64,000 nucleotides of DNA from a virus (lineage: Duplodnaviria; Caudoviricetes), in IMG/VR virus record IMGVR_UViG_3300033463_000049, positions 38,217-102,216 of that record; one strand, given 5' to 3'. Below are positions 49,947-59,692 of the stretch, piece by piece. The first letter of the stretch is position 1, and each line of letters starts with the position of its first letter. Both the position numbers and the translations under genes were made by a program. The notes beneath the pieces are model-generated. The model ran no database searches and was not told the DNA's origin. It saw only the letters and a program-made list of their open reading frames with translations.

Positions 49947-50423
49947 TTATCGGTTAATTGTAATAAACAAATTAATGATAATGTTCTTTGTCTTTCGATC
50001 GAAAGTGCGATAGTATCGCGAATCAGAAAGCTTGTACAGAGGAATCAGGGTCGAACCGATCTGAATCTCGTCCTCAAAGAACTCAATGGGTGTCTCGTCA
50101 TACAAATAATACTTCTTAATGGGAGTATAATTGGACAAGAACTTAGCTGCCTTAGCAAACTCGATAGAGTTGTCCTTCAGGAGGTAGCTATTATCACGAT
50201 TGCTGATGATAATGTGGTCATCAGTGTCAAAACCAGCCTCAGCGAGCATTGCATTCAGAGTGGGATCCGGAGTGCCGATATTCTTAGTACCGCGCAGATA
50301 GGGATTCATCTTGGTCAGACCAGCAATAATGAGGTCATCAAGATTCTTAGAAGCATTGTTGAGGTTACGAAAGTTAAAACTATTGTTATTATTACGGTTA
50401 ATCTTGATCGTGTATGTTTTCAT
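49947..50423 (-). CDS. Hypothetical protein
   Basis: 158-aa ORF within the operon. Confidence 0.7.
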   Translation of the reverse strand: MKTYTIKINRNNNNSFNFRNLNNASKNLDDLIIAGLTKMNPYLRGTKNIGTPDPTLNAMLAEAGFDTDDHIIISNRDNSYLLKDNSIEFAKAAKFLSNYTPIKKYYLYDETPIEFFEDEIQIGSTLIPLYKLSDSRYYRTFDRKTKNIIINLFITINR

Positions 50424-50465
50424 AATTTCAGCCTAATTTTATATGTTCTATACTTGTCGATGCGA

Positions 50466-51389
50466 TTAACATTCAATCAGAGTATTGTACTGTAGCTCAT
50501 TCTCGAATTCAAGTATACACGGTTTACCGGCATCTCTGTTTTTCAGCAGGTGCATGTATACTTTATTTTTAGTAGGTAAACGATTTGGGCCATATTCAGC
50601 AATATTCAATATTTCTGGTCGATGTAGTACGAAGACATAGTCACTCGCTTGGAACATCGCATCAGACGATGATAAGTCGCTTCGCATCGGATAATGTGCC
50701 GATGGGTTATTAATCCTTTCTGGCTTTTCAATTTCACGATTCATTTGAGCTATCTGAATAATACTCGTCAAAGGCAATTTCTTGGCTTTAATAAATACTT
50801 TCTCCAACTCACTCGTAGTTTCAATCACACTGCCTATTTGTTTTGTCAACAGTGTATGATCGTACGTAATTATGAAATGTTTACCAGTACCTTTTACATA
50901 CTGGTTATAAAAGCTGTAAATAGTTTGTTCTATTTGCATGGGAGTTCCAGGGTCGTCTACAAAGTAGATAGGATACTCCTTTAGCTGATTAGATACTGTG
51001 ATGACTTTTCTGAAGGTCTCATCATCCAGGTCCGTTTCCGAACTATACAAGGTAGAAGTTGTTTTTCTTAGCTTACTCGAAATTGTTCTTCCAACTTGCC
51101 TAAATCCAACCATTTCTAACGAGAAGTTTAGAACAACTATCTGCGCGTCAGGATTAAGGTCTATGATGTCAGTGGTCATGGTATTGCAGAGCGAACTCTT
51201 GCCTGTACCACTAATTCCAGCAAACGTGTAGATTGTATTGGGTTCAATACCTCCCATACACTGCTTATTTAACTTTTCCCATCTAGTCTTCAGCGAAACG
51301 ATGTTATGGTCCCGTCTTCCTGCTATATAGTTGATAGCCTCTTGAGCTACAACTGAAATAGGCCGAATTTTAGATAAGGTCTGTTCCAT
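50466..51389 (-). CDS. dnaB: Replicative helicase (DnaB family)
   Basis: AGISGTGKS, FSLEM, YDH, IAQMNR, SDL, LLKNRD. Confidence 0.9.
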   Translation of the reverse strand: MEQTLSKIRPISVVAQEAINYIAGRRDHNIVSLKTRWEKLNKQCMGGIEPNTIYTFAGISGTGKSSLCNTMTTDIIDLNPDAQIVVLNFSLEMVGFRQVGRTISSKLRKTTSTLYSSETDLDDETFRKVITVSNQLKEYPIYFVDDPGTPMQIEQTIYSFYNQYVKGTGKHFIITYDHTLLTKQIGSVIETTSELEKVFIKAKKLPLTSIIQIAQMNREIEKPERINNPSAHYPMRSDLSSSDAMFQASDYVFVLHRPEILNIAEYGPNRLPTKNKVYMHLLKNRDAGKPCILEFENELQYNTLIEC

Positions 51390-51936
51390 AAGTATTTATA
51401 GGAGTTTCTACAGTGTCGTTCATCTCTTCTTCAGATTCTTCCCACTGGTGGTCTACTAACCAACGCCACATGGTTTTCATATAACTAAGTTTTCCTTCCG
51501 CCATCTTTTTATGGATTTCAAAATTCAAACAAGCTATAAGATGTTCTGCCATAGCCGAACTCTTTCCACACGTAACGTTGAATAAGTGTCTACACTTGTT
51601 GACATTTGCCCTAAGATAACATTTGGAGCCATCTGGACGTAGTACATATACTGGGTACTGATCATAAAACATATCGAAATAGTCCTTCTCGTTTGAGAGA
51701 ACAGATTTTAGCTTTTCGGTAGCTTCATAAACAGTAAATCCACCTCTCTCCATCGAGGTGATAAGATTCTGTTGAACTAAGTATGATATTTCGTCGTCGT
51801 CGATAAGGCTGACTAACCGATGGACGTCTTGATTTTTTGTTGTTTGATTCTTATCCAACACCATACTTAGGAAAACCAACTGATTCATATTTAAATCTGG
51901 TAAATCCAGAAGTTTTGTATTTAGTTCAATAATCAT
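51370..51936 (-). CDS. Putative replication initiator/helicase loader
   Basis: Between PolB and DnaB; FDMFYDQYP and YMKTMWRWL..HQWE resemble the C-termini of phage replisome organizers. Confidence 0.55.
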   Translation of the reverse strand: MIIELNTKLLDLPDLNMNQLVFLSMVLDKNQTTKNQDVHRLVSLIDDDEISYLVQQNLITSMERGGFTVYEATEKLKSVLSNEKDYFDMFYDQYPVYVLRPDGSKCYLRANVNKCRHLFNVTCGKSSAMAEHLIACLNFEIHKKMAEGKLSYMKTMWRWLVDHQWEESEEEMNDTVETPINTYGTDLI

Positions 51937-51967
51937 CTCTTATATACGTTGATAAACAAGTTGGTTA

Positions 51968-53860
51968 TTAAAACAGGGTTAGTTGTTGTTCAGTAAAGTC
52001 TGCAACTATTTTTTTGGCTTCACTGATATAGTACCGATAGTTAATCTTTCGACTTTCTATCGTGCGATCATCAAACTTATTCAGGATTGTTACTCCCGAC
52101 TTCGTTAACATATTGGACCACGATTCTCCTTGTTCATCAGATTTCACTTTAAACAGGTATGGTCCATCTGTACTAGCGTAAAATCTATTTATACGTTGTA
52201 CTGGGGTTTCACCGTGTATGACGGTAAATTTCTTGTCGACCCTCTGAGTTATCAGAAAGTCTTTTATATCTGTTTGACGCTTAATAAAAGCATCGATAGG
52301 TTCTTTTGTAAGAAAGTAGTTTATAACAGCCTTGGGAATGATAACTGGTGCCATACCCTTTCCAAGTCGGTTTTCTGTAATAAACATACCCTTTCTTTCT
52401 ATCAGTTTCGGGTCGTGAGATTTTGACCACCCTTCAACGACACCAAAATAATCGTTGACTGCGTACTGATAAAACGCTTCATAGCGATCTGTTTCAAAAG
52501 ACAATCTCGTAATGTCTTCGACTTCTTTGATAGCTTGTCCTATACTATCAGAGAGGTCTTTTTTTGCGACATACATTACACCATCTGTATTTACTTGGAT
52601 AATCTCACAACCCAAGTCATACAGGCGATCTACGAGCATTAATAATACCAATTGTCCGTTTATTCTAATCTTAAAGACTGAAAACGGATCGTACATCCAG
52701 CTTGTCTCTTGTTGCATTTTTCCTGTGACAGAATTAAGAGTTAATTTAAGGGCATCGCTCTTAAGTTTCTGTCCGCTATGTTTGGCCTCAATGCGCTCGT
52801 GGTAAATACCAGAGTAAACCTGCCAAAATTCTTCTCCAAGGTGTCGAGGAATCCATTTGTATTGAACAATAAAGCTCGGATACATAGATGCCACGTCGGC
52901 GTGACCAATGAATTCGTCCTCCTTGGGAACGTAGATCTTCGGTGTATTAATAGAGTGTATACCTCCTACACCAACAGATAGCGTTGTATTTGAGAGCACA
53001 AACTGCTTCTCATAGCCTTTTCGTTCTTTTGTGAACACTACTTGCCCTTTCATGTCCTCAAGAACCGCCTGAATTTTTGGATTTTTGTATCGAATAAACG
53101 GAAGTATGACATCTTTCAATGGAATGTAGTCCATTGGTGAACGCATCGATTCCAGTTGTCTTTTACTCAGCCCAGTGGCTTCACAGTATTTTTTAGCCAG
53201 TAGAGTTTCACCGAACTTCACACTGTCCATTGAATACGCATTGATGCCATATTCCGTTTCTATGAAAGATCTTAAGGCGATGTCTTTCGAGAGCCTGTTT
53301 AAAAGCTCTGTGGTTGAATCTACGTCGTTAATATTATAACCTATCATCTTGTCCATATTTTCAAGAGGAATGGCTGAGTCAAAGTCGCCATCGTATTCTT
53401 GAACATTTGGATAATGCATAGTTACTTGCATTTCTTTGAGACCTACGCGAAGCTTGCTACTAAATTGCAATGTAAGTAAGTCCATAGATTCGAAATAATT
53501 CGCGTATTTCCATCGTTTAAATTTCTCAATACCTCCTTCTTCTGATTTCACTATAGTTGATGAGAGATTGAATAACGATTGACACACTCTTGCAGATGAG
53601 ATTTGGTCTAGTTTGTAATAAAAATCTATAATGTAGTTTATTATAACATCATCATAGTGTTTATTATTATATCCACAGAACATACGTTTAGCGTCGTTCT
53701 TATAATAAAAGAAATCAACTAACTCAGTTAGCTGATTCTTTCTTTGGGATATTTCGAAAGTATATAAATCGTTTGTTTCAGTATCTCTACATGTACAATG
53801 AAAGCAGTTTGGAAATATTTCAATATCGTAAACGACTACTGATTGTTCATGTATTACCAT
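51968..53860 (-). CDS. polB: DNA polymerase, family B
   Basis: Exo motifs YDIE, GYNNKHYD, YNINDV; Pol motifs DVASMYPS, KLTLNSVTGK, NTDG. Start reassigned to ATG 53860. Confidence 0.92.
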   Translation of the reverse strand: MVIHEQSVVVYDIEIFPNCFHCTCRDTETNDLYTFEISQRKNQLTELVDFFYYKNDAKRMFCGYNNKHYDDVIINYIIDFYYKLDQISSARVCQSLFNLSSTIVKSEEGGIEKFKRWKYANYFESMDLLTLQFSSKLRVGLKEMQVTMHYPNVQEYDGDFDSAIPLENMDKMIGYNINDVDSTTELLNRLSKDIALRSFIETEYGINAYSMDSVKFGETLLAKKYCEATGLSKRQLESMRSPMDYIPLKDVILPFIRYKNPKIQAVLEDMKGQVVFTKERKGYEKQFVLSNTTLSVGVGGIHSINTPKIYVPKEDEFIGHADVASMYPSFIVQYKWIPRHLGEEFWQVYSGIYHERIEAKHSGQKLKSDALKLTLNSVTGKMQQETSWMYDPFSVFKIRINGQLVLLMLVDRLYDLGCEIIQVNTDGVMYVAKKDLSDSIGQAIKEVEDITRLSFETDRYEAFYQYAVNDYFGVVEGWSKSHDPKLIERKGMFITENRLGKGMAPVIIPKAVINYFLTKEPIDAFIKRQTDIKDFLITQRVDKKFTVIHGETPVQRINRFYASTDGPYLFKVKSDEQGESWSNMLTKSGVTILNKFDDRTIESRKINYRYYISEAKKIVADFTEQQLTLF

Positions 53861-53887
53861 AATGATACTAAGATACGTTGGTTCAAG

Positions 53888-54039
53888 TAAGCACCGCGGA
53901 ATCGAACCGCTCTCCTGTTCGTGCAGAAGAACCATCCTAGTGTACAAAACTGTATCGGGGTGTTCAACTCTCGTATTACATTTTTCCGCTTGCTACGAAT
54001 TTCGCGTAGCGATCTTTCATTTGTACTCTGGTAGTGCTC
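53888..54039 (-). ncRNA. tRNA-like RNA 4 (152 nt)
   Basis: GAGCACT/GGTGCTT+A; T arm GCGG-TTCGATT-CCGC; internal GTACAAA/TTTGTAC and GCTACG/CGTAGC stems. Confidence 0.55.
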
Positions 54040-54045
54040 CTAGCA

Positions 54046-54828
54046 TTACGCTTTTGCACAAGCAAGTAGTATTCCATACTTGTTGTACAATTTTAGTTCA
54101 AGACATGTTTTATCTCGAACTGTTTTAGCTCTCTCTCTGAGTATATTCTTTAGCGTTTCTATTGGAGTATTTTCGTTGCAATTACAGAAAGGATAACCTA
54201 CTACGTATGGGTCGCCCTCCTTTTCGTATATTGTACCCGGCATCACTTTGTTTTCGTATACCAGAAACAATCTAAATAAGGGTTCTCTTTTATCCGTATT
54301 GCAATATACACGTGACAGAAAGTTTCGGACATATTCTCTATGAATAAAGAGCTGTGTTTTTATCTGTGACTTCATTTCCTCACAAAAGAGATCTTGTTTT
54401 AAGCTCTCTTCTGTCGGAATGTGTTTGTTTTCAAATTTCTTACACTTATATTCTTCATAAGCGTGCATTCGTGCTGCGAATCCCAATTTCTTGGGGCATC
54501 GTGCGTTCATCTCTTTTGCTTCTTTTTTAGTGAGACGAACTGGAGTTTTACTCCACATATTTGTATATACTGTAGTATCAGTATACGAAGGAATTGTTAT
54601 ATTGTACTTCTTAATTGCCGCAAAAACAAGATTTCTATTCTTTCTACTACTCTTATACATCTGCATGAATCCAGGTGCATTATACATTTTGCAGAGTTGT
54701 GCAAAAGGTTGAGTATATATTTTATTAACGAACTTCTGTCCGCGCTTGGTTTTAAGAAATATGGCTATTTTTTCTATTATCTTTTCTTCCCTCTCTATCT
54801 TATTTAGTAACGTCTTGATGTCTTTCAT
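54046..54828 (-). CDS. Hypothetical basic protein
   Basis: 260-aa Lys-rich ORF. Confidence 0.7.
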   Translation of the reverse strand: MKDIKTLLNKIEREEKIIEKIAIFLKTKRGQKFVNKIYTQPFAQLCKMYNAPGFMQMYKSSRKNRNLVFAAIKKYNITIPSYTDTTVYTNMWSKTPVRLTKKEAKEMNARCPKKLGFAARMHAYEEYKCKKFENKHIPTEESLKQDLFCEEMKSQIKTQLFIHREYVRNFLSRVYCNTDKREPLFRLFLVYENKVMPGTIYEKEGDPYVVGYPFCNCNENTPIETLKNILRERAKTVRDKTCLELKLYNKYGILLACAKA

Positions 54829-54872
54829 ATTGATTATGCTTTAGTTCGACATATGTTAATAGTCTCTCTTAG

Positions 54873-54911
54873 TGGATTAGTGGGGTTCGATCCCACCTAG
54901 CGTACCAATCT
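54873..54911 (-). ncRNA. tRNA-like minihelix 5 (39 nt)
   Basis: (A)GATTG/TAATC(C)+A, 9-nt linker, GTGGG-ATCGAAC-CCCAC. Confidence 0.45.
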
Positions 54912-54940
54912 GTTTCCAGCTACGTCTCCTATATGTCTAC

Positions 54941-55489
54941 TTATGCAATAAGCAACTCAGAAATATCTGAGTCAGTGTCGGTGTTAAACTCAATGGAAGT
55001 CTTGTTGTTATACTTCTCAATCTCAGCGTCATACTTGTTAATATTAAGCTGGATTGCATTCATCAGAGAAGTAATCTTGGCAGATGTGAAAATCTCACGC
55101 TTGCCGGTACCCTTGACACCCTTGCGAGCTTTCTCCTTAGGGTCGATAGTCTTCTTGATAATGTCCTTCCAGTGAGCAATCTTCTCCTTCTCCTCACTTG
55201 CTGCAAAAATAGTATAATAGTGCTTTTTCTTTTCCTCTTCGTAATCAAACGTAAAGGTGCCATTGTTGATTGCATTCAGCATCAACTTGAGCTTGATTCG
55301 AGTTTCTGACATCTGAGTGATCTTGTTGTAGAGCTCCTTCAAGTCAAGACCTGAGCCAATGCCCATCTTAACTGCCTTGGTACTCATCACATTCTCAGTC
55401 TTAATAATGTGCCAATACTTAGTAATAGTCTCGTCAAGCTTCTTACGAGCGATAATAATATCTTTTGAATTCATCGTTGTCTTCTTCAT
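54941..55489 (-). CDS. Hypothetical coiled-coil protein
   Basis: 182-aa ORF with high-expression codon bias. Confidence 0.75.
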   Translation of the reverse strand: MKKTTMNSKDIIIARKKLDETITKYWHIIKTENVMSTKAVKMGIGSGLDLKELYNKITQMSETRIKLKLMLNAINNGTFTFDYEEEKKKHYYTIFAASEEKEKIAHWKDIIKKTIDPKEKARKGVKGTGKREIFTSAKITSLMNAIQLNINKYDAEIEKYNNKTSIEFNTDTDSDISELLIA

Positions 55490-55557
55490 AAATTATATAG
55501 TGATTTAATTAAACTTCTTGATAACTTATGAATTCGAGAGCTCGTTTACCTACTTTG

Positions 55558-55643
55558 TCCCTACTATCTTACTCAAGGGTAATAGGGAACAGAAAGTGTA
55601 GTGTAACACAGGTACAACCTTGCTACTATATACACTTTCTGTT
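55558..55643. promoter_or_regulatory. Tandem long hairpins in intergenic region
   Basis: TCCCTACTATCTT/AAGGGTAATAGGGA and a perfect 13-bp AACAGAAAGTGTA/TACACTTTCTGTT stem. Confidence 0.55.
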
Positions 55644-55775
55644 AATGCTATGTTATTACTTCATAAACGTTAAGTTTACGGTATAAGACGTCGGATTTCC
55701 ATCAAAAGAGATTAAAGTGTCATACATACAATATGCAGTATAACGTGGCAGCTACAAGCTCCAAATAATCTACTT

Positions 55776-56333
55776 TTAATATCTGTCCAACGTATAACCG
55801 TCAACCTTTACGCGAAGGTGAAGCAATACATTTCCTAAACTGTCGTAAATCGGGATAAGTCCGCGATTTTCAAGAGATACGTGTACACCCATCTGCTGGG
55901 GTTCAGGCATCGTTTTTCCATTTGCCGGTGTAGCTACAGTATTGAGAACTCCGCTCTTTACACCGAATCTCGCTACGTCATACAGACGATTGACGACAAA
56001 ATCATACTTATTCTCCAACACAGCTTTAGCTATAAGCTCTTGGCTGAGTCCTTGGAGAATCGTGTTCTTGTCGAGATTATCCGCCATACCGACCAATGCC
56101 TTAAACGTATTGAAGGCGAAGTCTTTGAAGCTGATAGTTTTTTCAAGACCAAACAAGCGATTCCACCATCGTACACTCCGCTTACCTAAAGTGAATGTAC
56201 CATCCTCGTTAACATCGAGAATCTTATAAGCTTCACGCTTTCCGACATCCATAAATACAGACTCGGCGATCTTTGGCTCCATGAGGAGCATGTTTACCAG
56301 CATCTGACTTTCACTGGTCAGAAGCTTTTTCAT
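55776..56333 (-). CDS. Hypothetical protein
   Basis: 185-aa ORF. Confidence 0.7.
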   Translation of the reverse strand: MKKLLTSESQMLVNMLLMEPKIAESVFMDVGKREAYKILDVNEDGTFTLGKRSVRWWNRLFGLEKTISFKDFAFNTFKALVGMADNLDKNTILQGLSQELIAKAVLENKYDFVVNRLYDVARFGVKSGVLNTVATPANGKTMPEPQQMGVHVSLENRGLIPIYDSLGNVLLHLRVKVDGYTLDRY

Positions 56334-56343
56334 CGGCTATGGA

Positions 56344-56970
56344 TTAGTCTTCAACAATTGTTGCCTGGACAGACTCAACAGAGTTCTTGGTACGTTCGGC
56401 CTTGAACTTACGAGCCTTGTCGATGTTCGAGTTCTTGGTATCGATGATCATCTTTTTCCAAAGCTGAAGCTTCTCGATAGCCTTGTCCACGCGAATGATT
56501 TCGTTATCATTCAGCGCGTTCAGCTTGTCAAGCAGACCATCGGGATCAGCAAAGATCTTGCTGCGATCACCTGCCAGAGCCTGAGCGAGAATGGCGTCGT
56601 CACTTGCATCAGAATCGATGCGCATGTCGCCAGTGATGGGGATAATAGCCTCCTGCGAGAAGACCTTATCGCCAACCTGCTTCTTGCGACCACGGTTGAT
56701 GTATACAACCGAAGCGCCGTCAGCCTGCTCACCGACTTCTACAGCAACGATGTCCGTACCAGTCAGCTTGAAGCGGCGCGGACTGCGGTTCAGAACCAGA
56801 TCCAGGTTGTTGTTGTTTTCAGAGTTTACTACTTCTTCGTTGTGGCGAAGGTTTGTGTCTTCCTGCGTAGCGCGGAAGAACTGCAAGCCGAACGACTTAC
56901 CTACGTTGGCAAGTGCTCGGCGGTTGTTTGCTACGACAGCAGCATTAACTTTCAGAGTTACTTCGTTCAT
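56344..56970 (-). CDS. Hypothetical protein (highly expressed codon usage)
   Basis: 208-aa ORF with strong C/G-ending codon bias. Confidence 0.75.
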   Translation of the reverse strand: MNEVTLKVNAAVVANNRRALANVGKSFGLQFFRATQEDTNLRHNEEVVNSENNNNLDLVLNRSPRRFKLTGTDIVAVEVGEQADGASVVYINRGRKKQVGDKVFSQEAIIPITGDMRIDSDASDDAILAQALAGDRSKIFADPDGLLDKLNALNDNEIIRVDKAIEKLQLWKKMIIDTKNSNIDKARKFKAERTKNSVESVQATIVED

Positions 56971-57019
56971 TGTTAAAATGTCCTTTTTGATATCGTTCTT
57001 GATTGAACCAACGACATCT

Positions 57020-59100
57020 TATTAAAAACTATGCACACTTTAGGCGGTGCGTTATTAGCCTTTATACGGTTTTAATTTCCGTCAAAATATAAGTTTCTTT
57101 CGATTATTTGATACAATGGCACGATGACACTGTATGTAAGTCTCCTATCCCTGTGCCAGTAGTCCTACTGGCCGCTTTGTTTACCTTCAAGCTACTTGCT
57201 ACGTGAATAGACAAGGGGAATCCAATGGTAGGATTAGCTAAGCCCGTCAATGAAGAGAATCCCATTCTTAAAGCTATGAATGACAGGTTGTCGAATCAAC
57301 GACATATAATCTACTTGAATGTTATTTTATAGGTATAAAACATAACCGAAACGATATAATCCCGGCTGCGTACATTACGCATTTGACTCGTTGGCGGCAT
57401 TTCATTTCTGACTACCGTTCATGGAGTATCCCACAAAATTGTATGATTTCTTTCAATGTATTTTCCAGATAATTGAGAAATCATGCGCTGTTGTACAGTC
57501 TTGCGATACTGATTAGGCACAGCTACCCCAGTTCTTTTTTAACGCACAGAACAATCAATACCTGCGTCTACATTCAGCATAAGGCATCTCGTATGTAGAA
57601 ACGTTTATTATCGAACGGTCTAGAGCTCCAGAACTCATCACGGACCCACGGCTTTTTGTTGTGCATTCAGCTTTGCTGCTGTCTTCTGTTTATAGTGCAC
57701 GAATATGGAGACTTCAACTCATACCTACTCTTACTCTTGTCACCCACTACATCTTGCTTTTCACAATTCTCCGAGACAGGGAGACGTGAACGCTAGCTAC
57801 TCACTAGCACCTGCATGCGATTAATCACTGCGTCTGATGGCTACGATATAGCTGCCTTGTGAATAATTTCTGTATTAACTTCTACCTTTCGGGGGACATA
57901 TAGATTTGCAGTCTATACTTTAACCCTGGTTAGTTCATAACGGTTGGCACTCAAGTTTCTCTACATCCCATATAAGATGGCTACTGCTTCCCATACAACG
58001 GGAGCTAACGGCTTACTACTCCGCTTATATAACGTGGTATACTTGGTAGAGGGACACTTAATTTTTGTTAAACGTGTTAGTTATCTCTAATTTCCTACGG
58101 CTTACTTTCTTGTGCTGTGTTGTACATTTCAATCTACTAAGAGGACTCATATAAGATGTGTGGTCTTCCACACCACAAATTTTAATGGGTACTACCCAAT
58201 CTTATAATTTACCACCAAAGTTAGTACGCACAATATCCTATCCGTGTAAGGCTAGGCGGATCTCTTGCAACGCTGGCGTGCGCAGTGTCGAATCAGCCCA
58301 TCATGACTTATTTTTGTTCTGATTGTCAAGGAATCATCTAAATTTCGTTTTGCGGAAAGTATTACAAATCGTCTACCATTTGTAAGTGACTGTCTACCAT
58401 CAGACTTATGAACGCGGTCTCGTGTCGCTATCCTCCTGCATCGAGGATCTGGTCATTTTGCTTTTATATCCCGCACAAACGACCAAAGCCAGGCGGTCTA
58501 TCTTCAACACATTTTCCTCAGTACCCCATCCCCGGTGACCCAGTGGGACCGTAGCCTCAAAGGTGGTCATTCAGTAATCGAAACTGAAAGGATTTCTTCA
58601 AGGACCGTAGTTACGGTACGGCGTAGATTGTCAAGCCATCTACTTGGCTAATATGCTCAGATAAATTCTTCACTCCCTTATATACCCGGCTGGTTGTCCG
58701 TGGACTCCAGGTAAAGGACTAAGCTACGACTAAGTTAAAAGGGGCATTCCCAGTGTGCTCATGTGAGATTTGGAATCTCGTACAGTCCTCATAAAACCGC
58801 ACTTTTACATGTTTCATCTCGTGTACGTTATACTATTATTCGCACAAATAATAGTTTGTCCGATACGGTTCGTTTGTCTTACTACCTGCTGGTGTAAGCT
58901 TGCGCCTTTTTTCTACTATCCATCCTCCAGTCGGTTCTCGATGGCCGAATCGGGTTGATACAGCGCTAACCCGAATACCAGGGAGTTTTTCAAACTCTGA
59001 GGTCTTCCACAGGTCTTTCAGGTTTTGCCTTTGGAGCTCCCCCTATTTCACTACTGTCAAGTAAGTTTGGACTCGGTGTGCATACAGGCTAATGAGGCCT
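57020..59100. ncRNA. ~2.1-kb non-coding, hairpin-dense region; candidate large structured RNA(s)
   Basis: No credible ORF; long-range complementarity between 57125-57145 and 57707-57742, plus many local hairpins. Confidence 0.55.
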
Positions 59101-59113
59101 GCACTTATAGCTT

Positions 59114-59557
59114 CTAAGGCTCGTCGGACACCACGGGATGATCCGTCTTTGATGAATAGACCTGATTCCCATCTATGATGAGCACAACACTGTGTGTTTC
59201 ATCAGACTCATCGATCTGTTCATCTCCCGGGCTTCTGTTTTTAACAGGCGTGACTTCTATCTCTCTCAAACTATCGAGAGGGACATAAATCGTGTCCGTC
59301 GTACTCTGGGGCACGGGTACCCGTATGTACTTTATTTTTTCAACTAGGACAGTGTCGTGTTGAACAGTGTCCAAATTAATACTCTTTGCCGCATCGAGTT
59401 GTAAATCGAGTGGCAATTGTCCGTTATAATTCCAGCTAGGAATCGTAGCAGCATGCAACGCGTTCTGTTGAACTGCGTCGGACTCAATGTTTGTAACCAG
59501 CGAGTAGCCCATATAGGCCATTGCCAGACAACAAAGAGCTGTCATAATTTTTCTCAT
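59114..59557 (-). CDS. Exported/membrane-anchored hypothetical protein
   Basis: N-terminal signal-like hydrophobic segment; ends in TAG followed by AAG CTA TAA. Confidence 0.65.
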   Translation of the reverse strand: MRKIMTALCCLAMAYMGYSLVTNIESDAVQQNALHAATIPSWNYNGQLPLDLQLDAAKSINLDTVQHDTVLVEKIKYIRVPVPQSTTDTIYVPLDSLREIEVTPVKNRSPGDEQIDESDETHSVVLIIDGNQVYSSKTDHPVVSDEP

Positions 59558-59692
59558 AACTTTGATAGTTTTGATTGTGTTACATTACTAGCTAGTCACT
59601 TAAGCGGTTTACTATAGACTGTTTGAAGGACTTCCAAACGTTTTTCAATCTCGCTTTGACACTCTTTATGGGGTGTTGTCTACGAAACCGCA

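Noticed and set aside
57020-59100. Group I/II intron or CRISPR array
   Set aside because: No interrupted gene flanks it, no intron core recognised by eye, no regularly spaced repeats; a covariance search is still needed.
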